A program made the position numbers and the translations under genes. This document shows, in pieces, positions 34,635 through 42,738 of a stretch of 64,000 nt of DNA (position 1 is its first letter; each line of letters starts with the position of its first letter). The notes beneath the pieces are model-generated. The model saw only the letters and a program-made list of their open reading frames with translations, had not been told where the DNA came from and did no database searches. The DNA is from an uncultured Actinomycetes bacterium (GTDB lineage Bacteria > Actinomycetota > Thermoleophilia > Gaiellales > F1-60-MAGs149): positions 1,025,673 through 1,089,672 of the forward strand of contig CAVZZG010000003.1 of assembly GCA_963779685.1 (NCBI GenBank), in the 5' to 3' direction.

Positions 34635-35032
34635 TGCGCGGGCGTGCGCGGCGATCCCTTGACGGCGACGGCGTCGATCTCCACCAGCATGCCCTCGATC
34701 AGGAGCGTGCTCGCAACTGCCGTGCTGGCGGGAAACGGCGCCCGGAAGAGGTCGGCGCGGACGCGCTTGAACACGGCGTAGTCCGCGACGTCGACGACGT
34801 ACGTGGTGAGCTTGACGATGGTGGCCAGCGACGCCCCGTGCACGGCCAGCGCGGCCTCCAGGTTCGCGAAGGCCTGCCGGCACTGCGCCTCGAAACCGCC
34901 GTCGACGATGTTGCCGTCGGCGTCGAAACCGCCCTGGCCGGACGTGAACACCAGGTCGCCCGCGGCGACCGACTGGCTGTACTGGAGACCTTCGGCCCAG
35001 GCGAAGGGCGGACGGCCGACGACGTTTTCCAT
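34631..35032 (-). CDS. RidA family (YjgF/L-PSP) enamine/imine deaminase
   Basis: ATG 35032: MENVVGRPPFAWAEGLQYSQSVAAGDLVFTSGQGG. Further motifs are IVKLTTYV, PASTAV and VEIDAVA. Its stop overlaps the next ATG (ATGA). Confidence 0.88.
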   Translation of the reverse strand: MENVVGRPPFAWAEGLQYSQSVAAGDLVFTSGQGGFDADGNIVDGGFEAQCRQAFANLEAALAVHGASLATIVKLTTYVVDVADYAVFKRVRADLFRAPFPASTAVASTLLIEGMLVEIDAVAVKGSPRTPAQ

Positions 35033-35050
35033 CGGGCTATCGTACGCGCC

Positions 35051-35830
35051 GTGACCGTTCCGTGGGACGCAGCCGACTACCGCGCCAACTCTTCCATGCA
35101 GCTCGTGCTGGGGAGCGAGTTCCTGTCCCGGCTGCCGCTGGCGGCGGACGCCGCCGTGCTCGACGTCGGCTGCGGCGACGGCAAGATCACCCAGTTGGTC
35201 GCCGATCGCATCCCGCGCGGCCGCGTCGTCGGGCTCGACCCTTCGCCGGTCATGATCGAACTGGCGCGCACGCACCATCCCGGTATCGAGTTCGTGGTCG
35301 GCGACGTCCGCGACCTGACCTTCGACAGCGCGTTCGACGCGGTGGTCTCGTTCACCGCGCTGCACTGGGTGATCGAGCGCCACGACGACGCGCTGCGGGC
35401 GATCCGCGCGGCGCTGCGCCCGGGCGGGCGGTTCCACGCCCAGCTGCCCGGGGCCGGCAATGCCGCGGCGCTGGTGGCCGCCGCCGAATCCGTCATGGCC
35501 GAGCCCGACTGGCTACCGCACTTCACCGGGTTCACGTTCCCGTGGCTGTTCCCGGACGCCGATCACTACCGGGCGCTGGTCGAGGCGGCGGGGCTCGTCC
35601 CGATCCGGGTCGAACTCGTGGCCCGCGACGTCACCCACGCCGGCGCGACCGCACTCGAGGGCTGGATCCGCACCACGTGGATGCCGTACACCCACCGGCT
35701 GCCGGCCGAGCGCCGCGAGCAGTGGATCGCCGCGGTCGTCGCCCGCTACGCCGCAGATGTGCCACCGGACGCCGACGGCACCCTGCACGTGCCATCGTTC
35801 CGGCTCGAAGTGGAGGCCCGAAGACCATGA
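35051..35830 (+). CDS. SAM-dependent methyltransferase (trans-aconitate methyltransferase-like)
   Basis: GTG 35051: VTVPWDAADYRANSSMQ. Further motifs are VLDVGCGDGKIT, VVGLDPSPVMIE, FTALHWV and LRPGGRF. Confidence 0.82.
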   Translation: MTVPWDAADYRANSSMQLVLGSEFLSRLPLAADAAVLDVGCGDGKITQLVADRIPRGRVVGLDPSPVMIELARTHHPGIEFVVGDVRDLTFDSAFDAVVSFTALHWVIERHDDALRAIRAALRPGGRFHAQLPGAGNAAALVAAAESVMAEPDWLPHFTGFTFPWLFPDADHYRALVEAAGLVPIRVELVARDVTHAGATALEGWIRTTWMPYTHRLPAERREQWIAAVVARYAADVPPDADGTLHVPSFRLEVEARRP

Positions 35831-36468
35831 ACGATCTCACTGCAGTCGAGGTACGGGTGCTCGGCGCCCTGCTCGAGAAGCAGCGCCTGACGCCGGACGT
35901 CTATCCGCTGACCCTCAACGCCCTGCGCCACGCCTGCAACCAGGTGACGAGCCGGGAGCCCCTGACGCACTACGACGACGCGACCATCCGCGAGGCGCTC
36001 GACCGTCTCCACGCCAGGAACTACACGCGGCTCGCGAGCGGTGCCGGCAGCCGCTCGCCCAAGTACCGCCACCTGCTGGCGGAGACGCTGGGGCTGAACG
36101 ACGGCGAACAGGCGCTGATCGCGGCACTGGCGCTGCGGGGGCCGCAGACCGCCGCCGAGCTGCGGGCGCGGACGGAGCGCATGTACCCGTTCCCGAGCCA
36201 GGGCGCGGTCGACGGGACGCTCGAGACGCTGGCCGGCAGCGGCTACGTCGTCCTCCACGATCGCCGGCCGGGCGAGAAGGCGGCCCGCTGGGGACACCTC
36301 CTGTCCGGCCGTGCGCCGGGTGAGCTGGGCCACGAGTTGCCGCCCCCGCCGCTGTCCGGACCGCCGGCCGATGGGGCCGATCGGATCGACCGCCTGGAGG
36401 CCGAGGTGGCGGCGATGCGCGCCGAACTCGCGGCCCTTCGCGAGCAGATCGGCGGCGACGCGGAGTGA
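35827..36468 (+). CDS. DUF480 (YceH-like) protein
   Basis: ATG overlaps the upstream stop (ATGA). N-terminus MNDLTAVEVRVLGALLEKQRLTPDVYPLTLNALRHACNQVTSREP, then a C-terminal coiled coil RIDRLEAEVAAMRAELAALREQ. Confidence 0.8.
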   Translation: MNDLTAVEVRVLGALLEKQRLTPDVYPLTLNALRHACNQVTSREPLTHYDDATIREALDRLHARNYTRLASGAGSRSPKYRHLLAETLGLNDGEQALIAALALRGPQTAAELRARTERMYPFPSQGAVDGTLETLAGSGYVVLHDRRPGEKAARWGHLLSGRAPGELGHELPPPPLSGPPADGADRIDRLEAEVAAMRAELAALREQIGGDAE

Positions 36469-37439
36469 TCCCCCTGCTCGAGGTGGCCGGGACGCCCGCC
36501 GCAGTCGGCGAGCAGATCGGCGAGGCCTGCCGCGGCCAGCTGATCGACGAGATCGCGGCCACCGCCGACCTGGCCCGGTTGCGCGAGCGCGTCAGGCCGT
36601 TCGACGCCGCCATGCGGACGTACCTTCCCCGGGTCGCCGACGAGGTGGACGGGTGCGCGAGGGGTGCCGGCGTGGACCCCGTCGACCTTGTGGTCTACGC
36701 CACCGAGGAGCTGTACGGCGGCTGCACGGACGTCGCCGCCCGCCCCCCGGCGACGGCCGGCGACGTGATCGTCGCCCACACCAACGATCTCCACTGGTCG
36801 GTCGAGGACCGGCTGGTGGCGATCCACCGGCGGGTCGAGGGCGAACCCGAGCTGTTCACCATCGGCGTCGGGCCGTTCCTGTCGGCCGGGATGAACGGGG
36901 CTGGGCTCGCGCTCGGCGGCAATCAGCTGGACGCGAACGACGAGCGCCCCGGCATCCCCCGCCTGCTCCTCGTCCGGGCGCTGCTGGCCGAGGAGACGAG
37001 CGCCGGCGCGCTGGCCGTCGCACTGCACCCGCAGCGGGCGTCGTCGTACAACAACCTCATCGCGCACCGCGACGGCACGCTGGTGAACGTGGAGGCCTCG
37101 GCGACGGCGGTGCGGCTGCTGGAAGCCGAGGATGGCACGACGGCGCACTCCAACCACTACACGGCACCCGAGATGGAGCGCTACGAGCTCGACCCGGAGG
37201 GCATCGCCGACTCGCGGGCCCGCCTCGAGTGCGGCCGGGCGAGGCTGGCCGCGGCCGACCGCCCGATCGGCGAGGACGCGCTCCTCGACATGCTCTGCGA
37301 CCCGGGCATCAGCCGAAGCGAGCCCGGCGACGGCGGCACCCGGACGGTCTTCTGGTGCGTCATGAACCCGTCCCAGGGCCGCATCCACTACGGAAAGGGC
37401 CGGCCATCAGGACGTCTCGTGCAGCAGTTCTGCTTCTAG
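36465..37439 (+). CDS. Peptidase C45 / acyl-CoA:6-aminopenicillanic-acid acyltransferase-like protein
   Basis: GTG overlaps the upstream stop (GTGA). 324 aa. Contains YGGCTDVAA (candidate N-terminal nucleophile Cys), VAHTNDL, GMNGAGLALGGN and SSYNNLIA. Confidence 0.7.
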   Translation: MIPLLEVAGTPAAVGEQIGEACRGQLIDEIAATADLARLRERVRPFDAAMRTYLPRVADEVDGCARGAGVDPVDLVVYATEELYGGCTDVAARPPATAGDVIVAHTNDLHWSVEDRLVAIHRRVEGEPELFTIGVGPFLSAGMNGAGLALGGNQLDANDERPGIPRLLLVRALLAEETSAGALAVALHPQRASSYNNLIAHRDGTLVNVEASATAVRLLEAEDGTTAHSNHYTAPEMERYELDPEGIADSRARLECGRARLAAADRPIGEDALLDMLCDPGISRSEPGDGGTRTVFWCVMNPSQGRIHYGKGRPSGRLVQQFCF

Positions 37440-37999
37440 CCGCCGCCGCGACGGCCTGCGGAGGAGGCGGCACCTCGACGTCGGCGACCTCGTCCGCGCC
37501 GCCCACCCAGCCCGCGGCGTCGTCGGCGAGCACCGGAGCGGGCCCGGTGGTGCTGCAGGCCGCCGGCCCGGCTGCGCCAGGCGGCAAACCCGTGCGCGGG
37601 ATCACGTGCGAGAACCAGGAGTTCGCCAAGATCCACATCCACACGGGCCTGGTGATCTTCCTCCACGGCCAGCAGGTCGTCGTGCCCGCCTACATCGGGA
37701 TCTTCGATGACAGCTGCCTCTACTGGCTGCACACCCACGACGACTCCGGCGCCATGCACATCGAGTCGCCCTCGAAGACGCGCGTCTTCACCCTCGGCGA
37801 CTTCTTCGCCGTGTGGGGCTACTCGCTCTCCTCGACGGACATCGCCGGCGTCTCCGCGACCGTGCACGCCTGGGTCGCAGGCACGCCCTTCACCGGCGAT
37901 CCGGCGACGATACCGCTCGTCAACGCCCAGACGATCGTCCTATCGGACACCGACATCCCCGTCGACCAGCTGCCGGTCGTCGACGTCTCGGGCCTCTAG
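37355..37999 (+). CDS. Lipoprotein with conserved His/Cys cluster, unknown function (start uncertain)
   Basis: Lipobox-like LLLAAAATACGG, followed by ITCENQEFAKIHIHTGLVIFLHG and DDSCLYWLHTHDDSGAMHIE. The only in-frame start upstream of the signal is GTG 37355, which overlaps the previous gene by 85 nt. Confidence 0.55.
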   Translation: MRHEPVPGPHPLRKGPAIRTSRAAVLLLAAAATACGGGGTSTSATSSAPPTQPAASSASTGAGPVVLQAAGPAAPGGKPVRGITCENQEFAKIHIHTGLVIFLHGQQVVVPAYIGIFDDSCLYWLHTHDDSGAMHIESPSKTRVFTLGDFFAVWGYSLSSTDIAGVSATVHAWVAGTPFTGDPATIPLVNAQTIVLSDTDIPVDQLPVVDVSGL

Positions 38000-38661
38000 C
38001 GGTTGCCGAGCAGGGCCATGAAGTAGGCGAGCTGGGCGATGGCTGCGAGTGCACCGGCGACGTACGTCATGGCCGCGGCCGTCAGCACGTTGCGCGAGCC
38101 CTCGGCGACCTGCGGGTTGGCGAAGAAGCCGAGCGCCTGGAGCTGCTTCCGGGCGCGGGCCGACGCGTTGAGCTCGATCGGCAGGGTGACGATCTGGAAC
38201 AGCACCGCCACCGAATACAGCGCCACGCCGACCGCGACCAGCCCCGTCGCGTGCAGGATGAACCCGCCGAACACGAGCGGCATGAACAGGTTCGAGACCA
38301 GGCCCACCGGGCGCGCGAGCGCGGTGCGCGCCCTGAAGAGCGCCATGCCCTTCGCGTGCTGGATGGCGTGGCCGACCTCGTGGGCGGAAACGGAGACGGC
38401 GGCCACTGAGCGTGAGTTCGCGACGTCGGCCGACAGCCGGATCACGCGATCGCGCGGGTCGTAGTGGTCGGACAGCTGGCCGGGGACGACCTCGATCGGG
38501 ACGCTCGAGAGGCCGTTGGCGTCGAGGATCTGGCGGGCGACGTGGGCACCGGTGTCGAAGCCCGAGTCGACCTGGCTCCAGCGGGAGAACGAGCGCTTCA
38601 CCCACGACTGCGCCGCCAGCCCGATCAGGAGCGGAATGACGAAGTAGTAGAGGTAATTCAT
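37996..38661 (-). CDS. Membrane zinc metallopeptidase (YugP/PF04298-like)
   Basis: 221 aa. Contains SDHYDPRDRVIRLS, AAVSVSAHEVGHAIQH (HExxH) and C-terminal TM helices. The ATG overlaps the upstream stop (ATGA). Confidence 0.82.
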   Translation of the reverse strand: MNYLYYFVIPLLIGLAAQSWVKRSFSRWSQVDSGFDTGAHVARQILDANGLSSVPIEVVPGQLSDHYDPRDRVIRLSADVANSRSVAAVSVSAHEVGHAIQHAKGMALFRARTALARPVGLVSNLFMPLVFGGFILHATGLVAVGVALYSVAVLFQIVTLPIELNASARARKQLQALGFFANPQVAEGSRNVLTAAAMTYVAGALAAIAQLAYFMALLGNR

Positions 38662-40727
38662 ACCTGCATGGTCGCACGAATAACGCGCGCATCAAGTGCC
38701 GTGACGCCCTCGGCGGTGGCACGGAGCGGGTTGACCTCCACCTCCGCGATGTCGGGCCGGCCGCACAGCAGATCGCCGACGGCGACGGCGACCCGGGCGA
38801 TGCCGTCGACGTCCACCGCCGCCGCCCCCCGCACGCCGGCCAGCAGCGGCCAGCAGCGCAGCTCGCGCAGGAGTCCGGCGACGTGGGACGGGTGCACGGG
38901 GGCCAGGGCGACGGCGACATCGTCGAGCACCTCGACGAAGATGCCGCCGGCTCCCACCAGCACCACGGGCCCGAAGCACGGGTCGCGGCGCGCGCCGACC
39001 ACGAGATCGACTCCGGGCCCGCTCATGGCCTCCACCCAGATGCCGTCCAGCGATCGTGCCAGTCGTTCTCGCATCTCCTCGGCCGCGGCCACGGCTTGCA
39101 GCGGCGTCGCCAGCCCGAGCACGACGCCCCCGGCCTCGGTCTTGTGGATGAGCTCCGGCGACACCGCCTTCAGCGCCACCGGCCCGCCGATCCGGGAGGC
39201 GATCGCGGCCACGTCGTCCTCGTCGGCGGCCAGCCCGCCCTCCGGGAACTCGACGCCCATCTCCTGCAGCAGGGCGCGCGCCTCCGGGTACGTGGCCCGC
39301 TCGAGCGGGGTCGCGGGTGCGGTCCCGGCCGCGCGAGCGGGCGCCGGCGGATGCGGCACGAGCGCCAGCATGGCATCGACGGCACGCTCGACATGCTCGA
39401 ACGCCGGCACGCGCAGGCGCCGGAGCTCGGCGATGGCGGGCATCCCGGCGATCACCTGCATCGACTGCACGATCACCGGCTTCGCCGATGCGTCGCGGAG
39501 CGCTGCGATGCGGCCGGCGACGTCGAGCTCGATCCGCCCCATCTCCTCTGTGTAGCCCGCGTAGCCGCCGAAGTAGCCGGTGTACAGCACGGCGTCGATA
39601 CCCGGATCGTCGATCAGGGCGGCGCCGATGCGCTCGAACACCTCGACGTCCTCCTCGGCCATGCCCGCCAGGTCGATCGGGTTGACCGGCTGGGAGTTGC
39701 GCAGCTCGGGGCGGATCCGCTCCGCCGTCTCCGCCGCCAGCGGCACCACCTCGAACCCCGCGTCTACGAGCAGATCGGCCGCCACGACCCCGTGCCCGCC
39801 GCCGTCGGCGACCACCGCCACCGAGCGCCGCGCGATGCGGCCCCCGCCCAGCAGGGCGCACGCGCGATCGACGATCTCGCCGGGCGATCGCACGAGGATG
39901 CCGCCGCCGTCCCGCACCGCCGCCGCGAACACCCGCGAGGAGCCTGCGAGCGACCCCGTGTGCGACAGCGCCGCGCGGGCGCCGATCTCCGACCGGCCCG
40001 CCTTGAGGACGAGCGCGGGCTTGCCGGCATCGCTGAGGCGCCGCAGCGCGGCGACGAACGCGTCGCCGTCGCCCGGGTCCTCCACGTAGGCAGCGGCGAC
40101 CATGGTGGCCTCGTGGTCGGCGAAGCTCGCGAGCACGTCGGCGACGCCGATGTCGGCCTGGTTCCCCACCGACACCAGGCGCGCGAAGCCGAGGCCGACG
40201 TGCTCGAGCTGCATCCCGATCTCGAGCGCCAGGTTGCCGCTCTGGCTGGCCAGCGAGAAGGGCCCGCGGGGCGCACGGGCGCCGCCGGAGGCGTTCAGCC
40301 CGCTGCCGGTGTCGATCAGGCCGAGGCAGTTGGGGCCGAGCAGGACCGCGCCCGCCTCCCGTACCTGCGCCGCCATCCGCCGCTCGATCTCGAGCCCCTC
40401 CTCGCCGCCCTCGCCGAATCCCGCCGCTATCACGACGATCGCCCGCGCCCCGACCGCGAGGGCGTCGGAGACGGACTGCGCGGCGGCGGCGGCGGGCACC
40501 GCCACCAGTACCAGCTCGGGCGCGACCGGCAGCTCCTCGAGCGAGGTGTAGGCGGTCTGCCCGTGGAGCTCGCCGCCGCGCCGGTTGATCAGGAAGATGT
40601 CGGGCCGGCGCTCCTCGGCGAGCAGCCCGATGGCCATCCAACCCCCCCACTTCGCCCGGTCCTCGGAGGCGCCCACGAGGGCCACGGTCCGCGGTGCGAA
40701 GAGGGGCTGGAGATCGCGCTCCGTCAC
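38658..40727 (-). CDS. ADP-forming acyl-CoA synthetase (acetate--CoA ligase family; CoA-binding plus ATP-grasp)
   Basis: GTG 40727 overlaps the ACAD stop (GTGA). Contains LFAPRTVALVGASED, LLGPNCLGLI, SQSGNL, SVGNQADI, SHTGSLAGS and PVALKAVSPELIHKTEAGGV. Confidence 0.85.
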   Translation of the reverse strand: MTERDLQPLFAPRTVALVGASEDRAKWGGWMAIGLLAEERRPDIFLINRRGGELHGQTAYTSLEELPVAPELVLVAVPAAAAAQSVSDALAVGARAIVVIAAGFGEGGEEGLEIERRMAAQVREAGAVLLGPNCLGLIDTGSGLNASGGARAPRGPFSLASQSGNLALEIGMQLEHVGLGFARLVSVGNQADIGVADVLASFADHEATMVAAAYVEDPGDGDAFVAALRRLSDAGKPALVLKAGRSEIGARAALSHTGSLAGSSRVFAAAVRDGGGILVRSPGEIVDRACALLGGGRIARRSVAVVADGGGHGVVAADLLVDAGFEVVPLAAETAERIRPELRNSQPVNPIDLAGMAEEDVEVFERIGAALIDDPGIDAVLYTGYFGGYAGYTEEMGRIELDVAGRIAALRDASAKPVIVQSMQVIAGMPAIAELRRLRVPAFEHVERAVDAMLALVPHPPAPARAAGTAPATPLERATYPEARALLQEMGVEFPEGGLAADEDDVAAIASRIGGPVALKAVSPELIHKTEAGGVVLGLATPLQAVAAAEEMRERLARSLDGIWVEAMSGPGVDLVVGARRDPCFGPVVLVGAGGIFVEVLDDVAVALAPVHPSHVAGLLRELRCWPLLAGVRGAAAVDVDGIARVAVAVGDLLCGRPDIAEVEVNPLRATAEGVTALDARVIRATMQV

Positions 40728-41902
40728 GGGCCGACCATCCGCTCGACGCCGCGCCGCTCGAGCCCCCGGGCCACGATCAGGCGCTGGATCTCGCTCGTCC
40801 CCTCCCAGATCCGGTCGACGCGGAGCTCGCGCCAGAGCCGCTCGGCGGCGGTGGTGCGCATGTAACCGCGACCGCCGTAGGCCTGGACGCAGCGGTCGGC
40901 GAGGCGGTTGGCGGCCTCCGAGCAGAACAACTTGGCCATCGCCGCCTTGCCATGGGCGAGCTTCGGGTCGGTGCCCTCGTCGATCAGCTGGGCGACGTTG
41001 TAGGTGAGCAGCCGCCCGGCCAGGCAGTCGGCGGCGGAGTCGGCCAGCGGGAAGCTGATGCCCTGGTGGTCGTAGATCCGCTGACCGCCCTGGACGCGGT
41101 CGATCGACCAGCCGACCGTATCGACCAGCAGGCGGCGCATGGCACCGACGCAACGGGCGGCGATGTGGATGCGCTCCTCGACGAACCACATGTTCTGCAG
41201 CTCGTTGCCACGACCGATCATGCCGGGCCCGCCGAGCACCTGCGATTCGGGCACCTCGCAGTCGAACAGGATCGTGGGATGGCCGTGCGGGTAGTTGTGG
41301 GTGAACGGCGGGTCATCGAGGAACGTGATGCCCGGGGTCGAGCGGTCGACCAGGAAGAGCGTGGGCAGGCGGTCGTCCCCGTCGAGGACGTTCACCATCA
41401 CGATGTAGAAGTCGGCGGCGTCACCGGTGGTGACGAACCACTTCTCGGTCTGGATGCGGAAGCCGCCGCCGGTCCGCACCGCAGTGCCGGCGATGCCCGA
41501 GGCGTCGGATCCGGCGTCGCGTTCCGTGACGGCGTACGCGTCGGCCCGCTCACCCCGCAGCGCGGGCTTGAGGTAGGTCTCGACCTGCTCGGGCGTGCCG
41601 AGTGCGAGCACGTTGTAGGCCCCGGCGGAGTTCCACGAGATGGCGTTGGTGTGGCGCCCGAGCTCCTCGTGGACGATGCACTGCTCGAGCATCGTCCAGC
41701 CCTGGCCGCCGACGTCGACGGCGTGGTTGCCACCGACCATCCCGAGCTCCACGGCGGTCTGCATGACGTGGCGGCGGTCGGCTTCCGGCAGCCGGCCGAG
41801 GGCGCGCTCGGCCTTCTCCTCGAGCGGTATCAGCACCTCGTCCACCCAGCGGGCGGCACGGGTTCGCAGCTCTGACTGGGCGGGTGTGAGCGCGAAGTCC
41901 AT
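40724..41902 (-). CDS. Acyl-CoA dehydrogenase
   Basis: 392 aa from ATG 41902: MDFALTPAQSELR. Further motifs are AYAVTERDAGSDASG, QAYGGRGY and RIWEGTSEIQ. Confidence 0.9.
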   Translation of the reverse strand: MDFALTPAQSELRTRAARWVDEVLIPLEEKAERALGRLPEADRRHVMQTAVELGMVGGNHAVDVGGQGWTMLEQCIVHEELGRHTNAISWNSAGAYNVLALGTPEQVETYLKPALRGERADAYAVTERDAGSDASGIAGTAVRTGGGFRIQTEKWFVTTGDAADFYIVMVNVLDGDDRLPTLFLVDRSTPGITFLDDPPFTHNYPHGHPTILFDCEVPESQVLGGPGMIGRGNELQNMWFVEERIHIAARCVGAMRRLLVDTVGWSIDRVQGGQRIYDHQGISFPLADSAADCLAGRLLTYNVAQLIDEGTDPKLAHGKAAMAKLFCSEAANRLADRCVQAYGGRGYMRTTAAERLWRELRVDRIWEGTSEIQRLIVARGLERRGVERMVGP

Positions 41903-42738
41903 CAGGCCGCCCCGTGCCCGAGGGTGCCGAGCACCTCGCCGTAGCGCTCGTCGCGCCAGGCCAGCGCGGCCTTCAGGCCGGCGGTGCGCACGAGGTCGTC
42001 GAAGGCGTTCTGCTCGGGCGTGCCGGCGCCGTTGAGGATCGCCGACAGGTCGAGGTTGGCCTCGACCGCCTCGGCGAGTCCCATGCACAGGTACGCGCGG
42101 TTGAGGGCGATCTTGGTCAGCTTCAGCACCGCCAGCGGCGTCGGCGCGATCCGCGCCACGAGCTTCGAGACCTCGGCATCGATCTCGTCGGCGGGGATCA
42201 CGCGGTTGACGAGGCCGATCCGGAGCGCCTCGTCGGCATCGACGGTGTCGCCCGTGAAGAGCAGCTCGCGGGTCTTGCGCTGGCCGAGCACGAACGGCAT
42301 CAGCAGCGCCACGGGCCCCGAGCCGTACCTGATCTCCGGCTCGCCGAAGCGCGCGTCGGGCGTGCAGACGAGTAGGTCGGCGGCCATCGCCACCTCCAGC
42401 CCTCCGGCGATGCACCAGCCCTGGGCGATGCAGATCGTCGGCTTCTCCAGCCGCCACAGCTTCATGGTCATGTCCACGTCGGCCGCCAGCTCGTCGCGCC
42501 ATGCGGGAACGCTCGAGATCGCCGCCGAGGCCTCCTCGGAGAGGTCGTAGCCCGCCGAGAACGCCCGCCCGTTCGCCCGCAGCACGACCACCCGGACCTC
42601 GTCGTCGGCGGCCGCGCGGTCGAAGCACGCCGACAGGGCATCGCGCAGTTCGTGGCTGATGGCATTCAGCTTGTCGGGCCGGTTCAGCGTGATCCACGCC
42701 GAGGGGCCGCGGATCTCGTAGAGCACGGAGTCGGTCAC
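41902..42738 (-). CDS. Enoyl-CoA hydratase/isomerase (crotonase family)
   Basis: 278 aa. Contains ITLNRPDKLNAIS, VVVLRANGRAFSAGYDL, AQGWCIAGGLEVAMAADL and FGEPEIRYG. Confidence 0.9.
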   Translation of the reverse strand: MTDSVLYEIRGPSAWITLNRPDKLNAISHELRDALSACFDRAAADDEVRVVVLRANGRAFSAGYDLSEEASAAISSVPAWRDELAADVDMTMKLWRLEKPTICIAQGWCIAGGLEVAMAADLLVCTPDARFGEPEIRYGSGPVALLMPFVLGQRKTRELLFTGDTVDADEALRIGLVNRVIPADEIDAEVSKLVARIAPTPLAVLKLTKIALNRAYLCMGLAEAVEANLDLSAILNGAGTPEQNAFDDLVRTAGLKAALAWRDERYGEVLGTLGHGAA

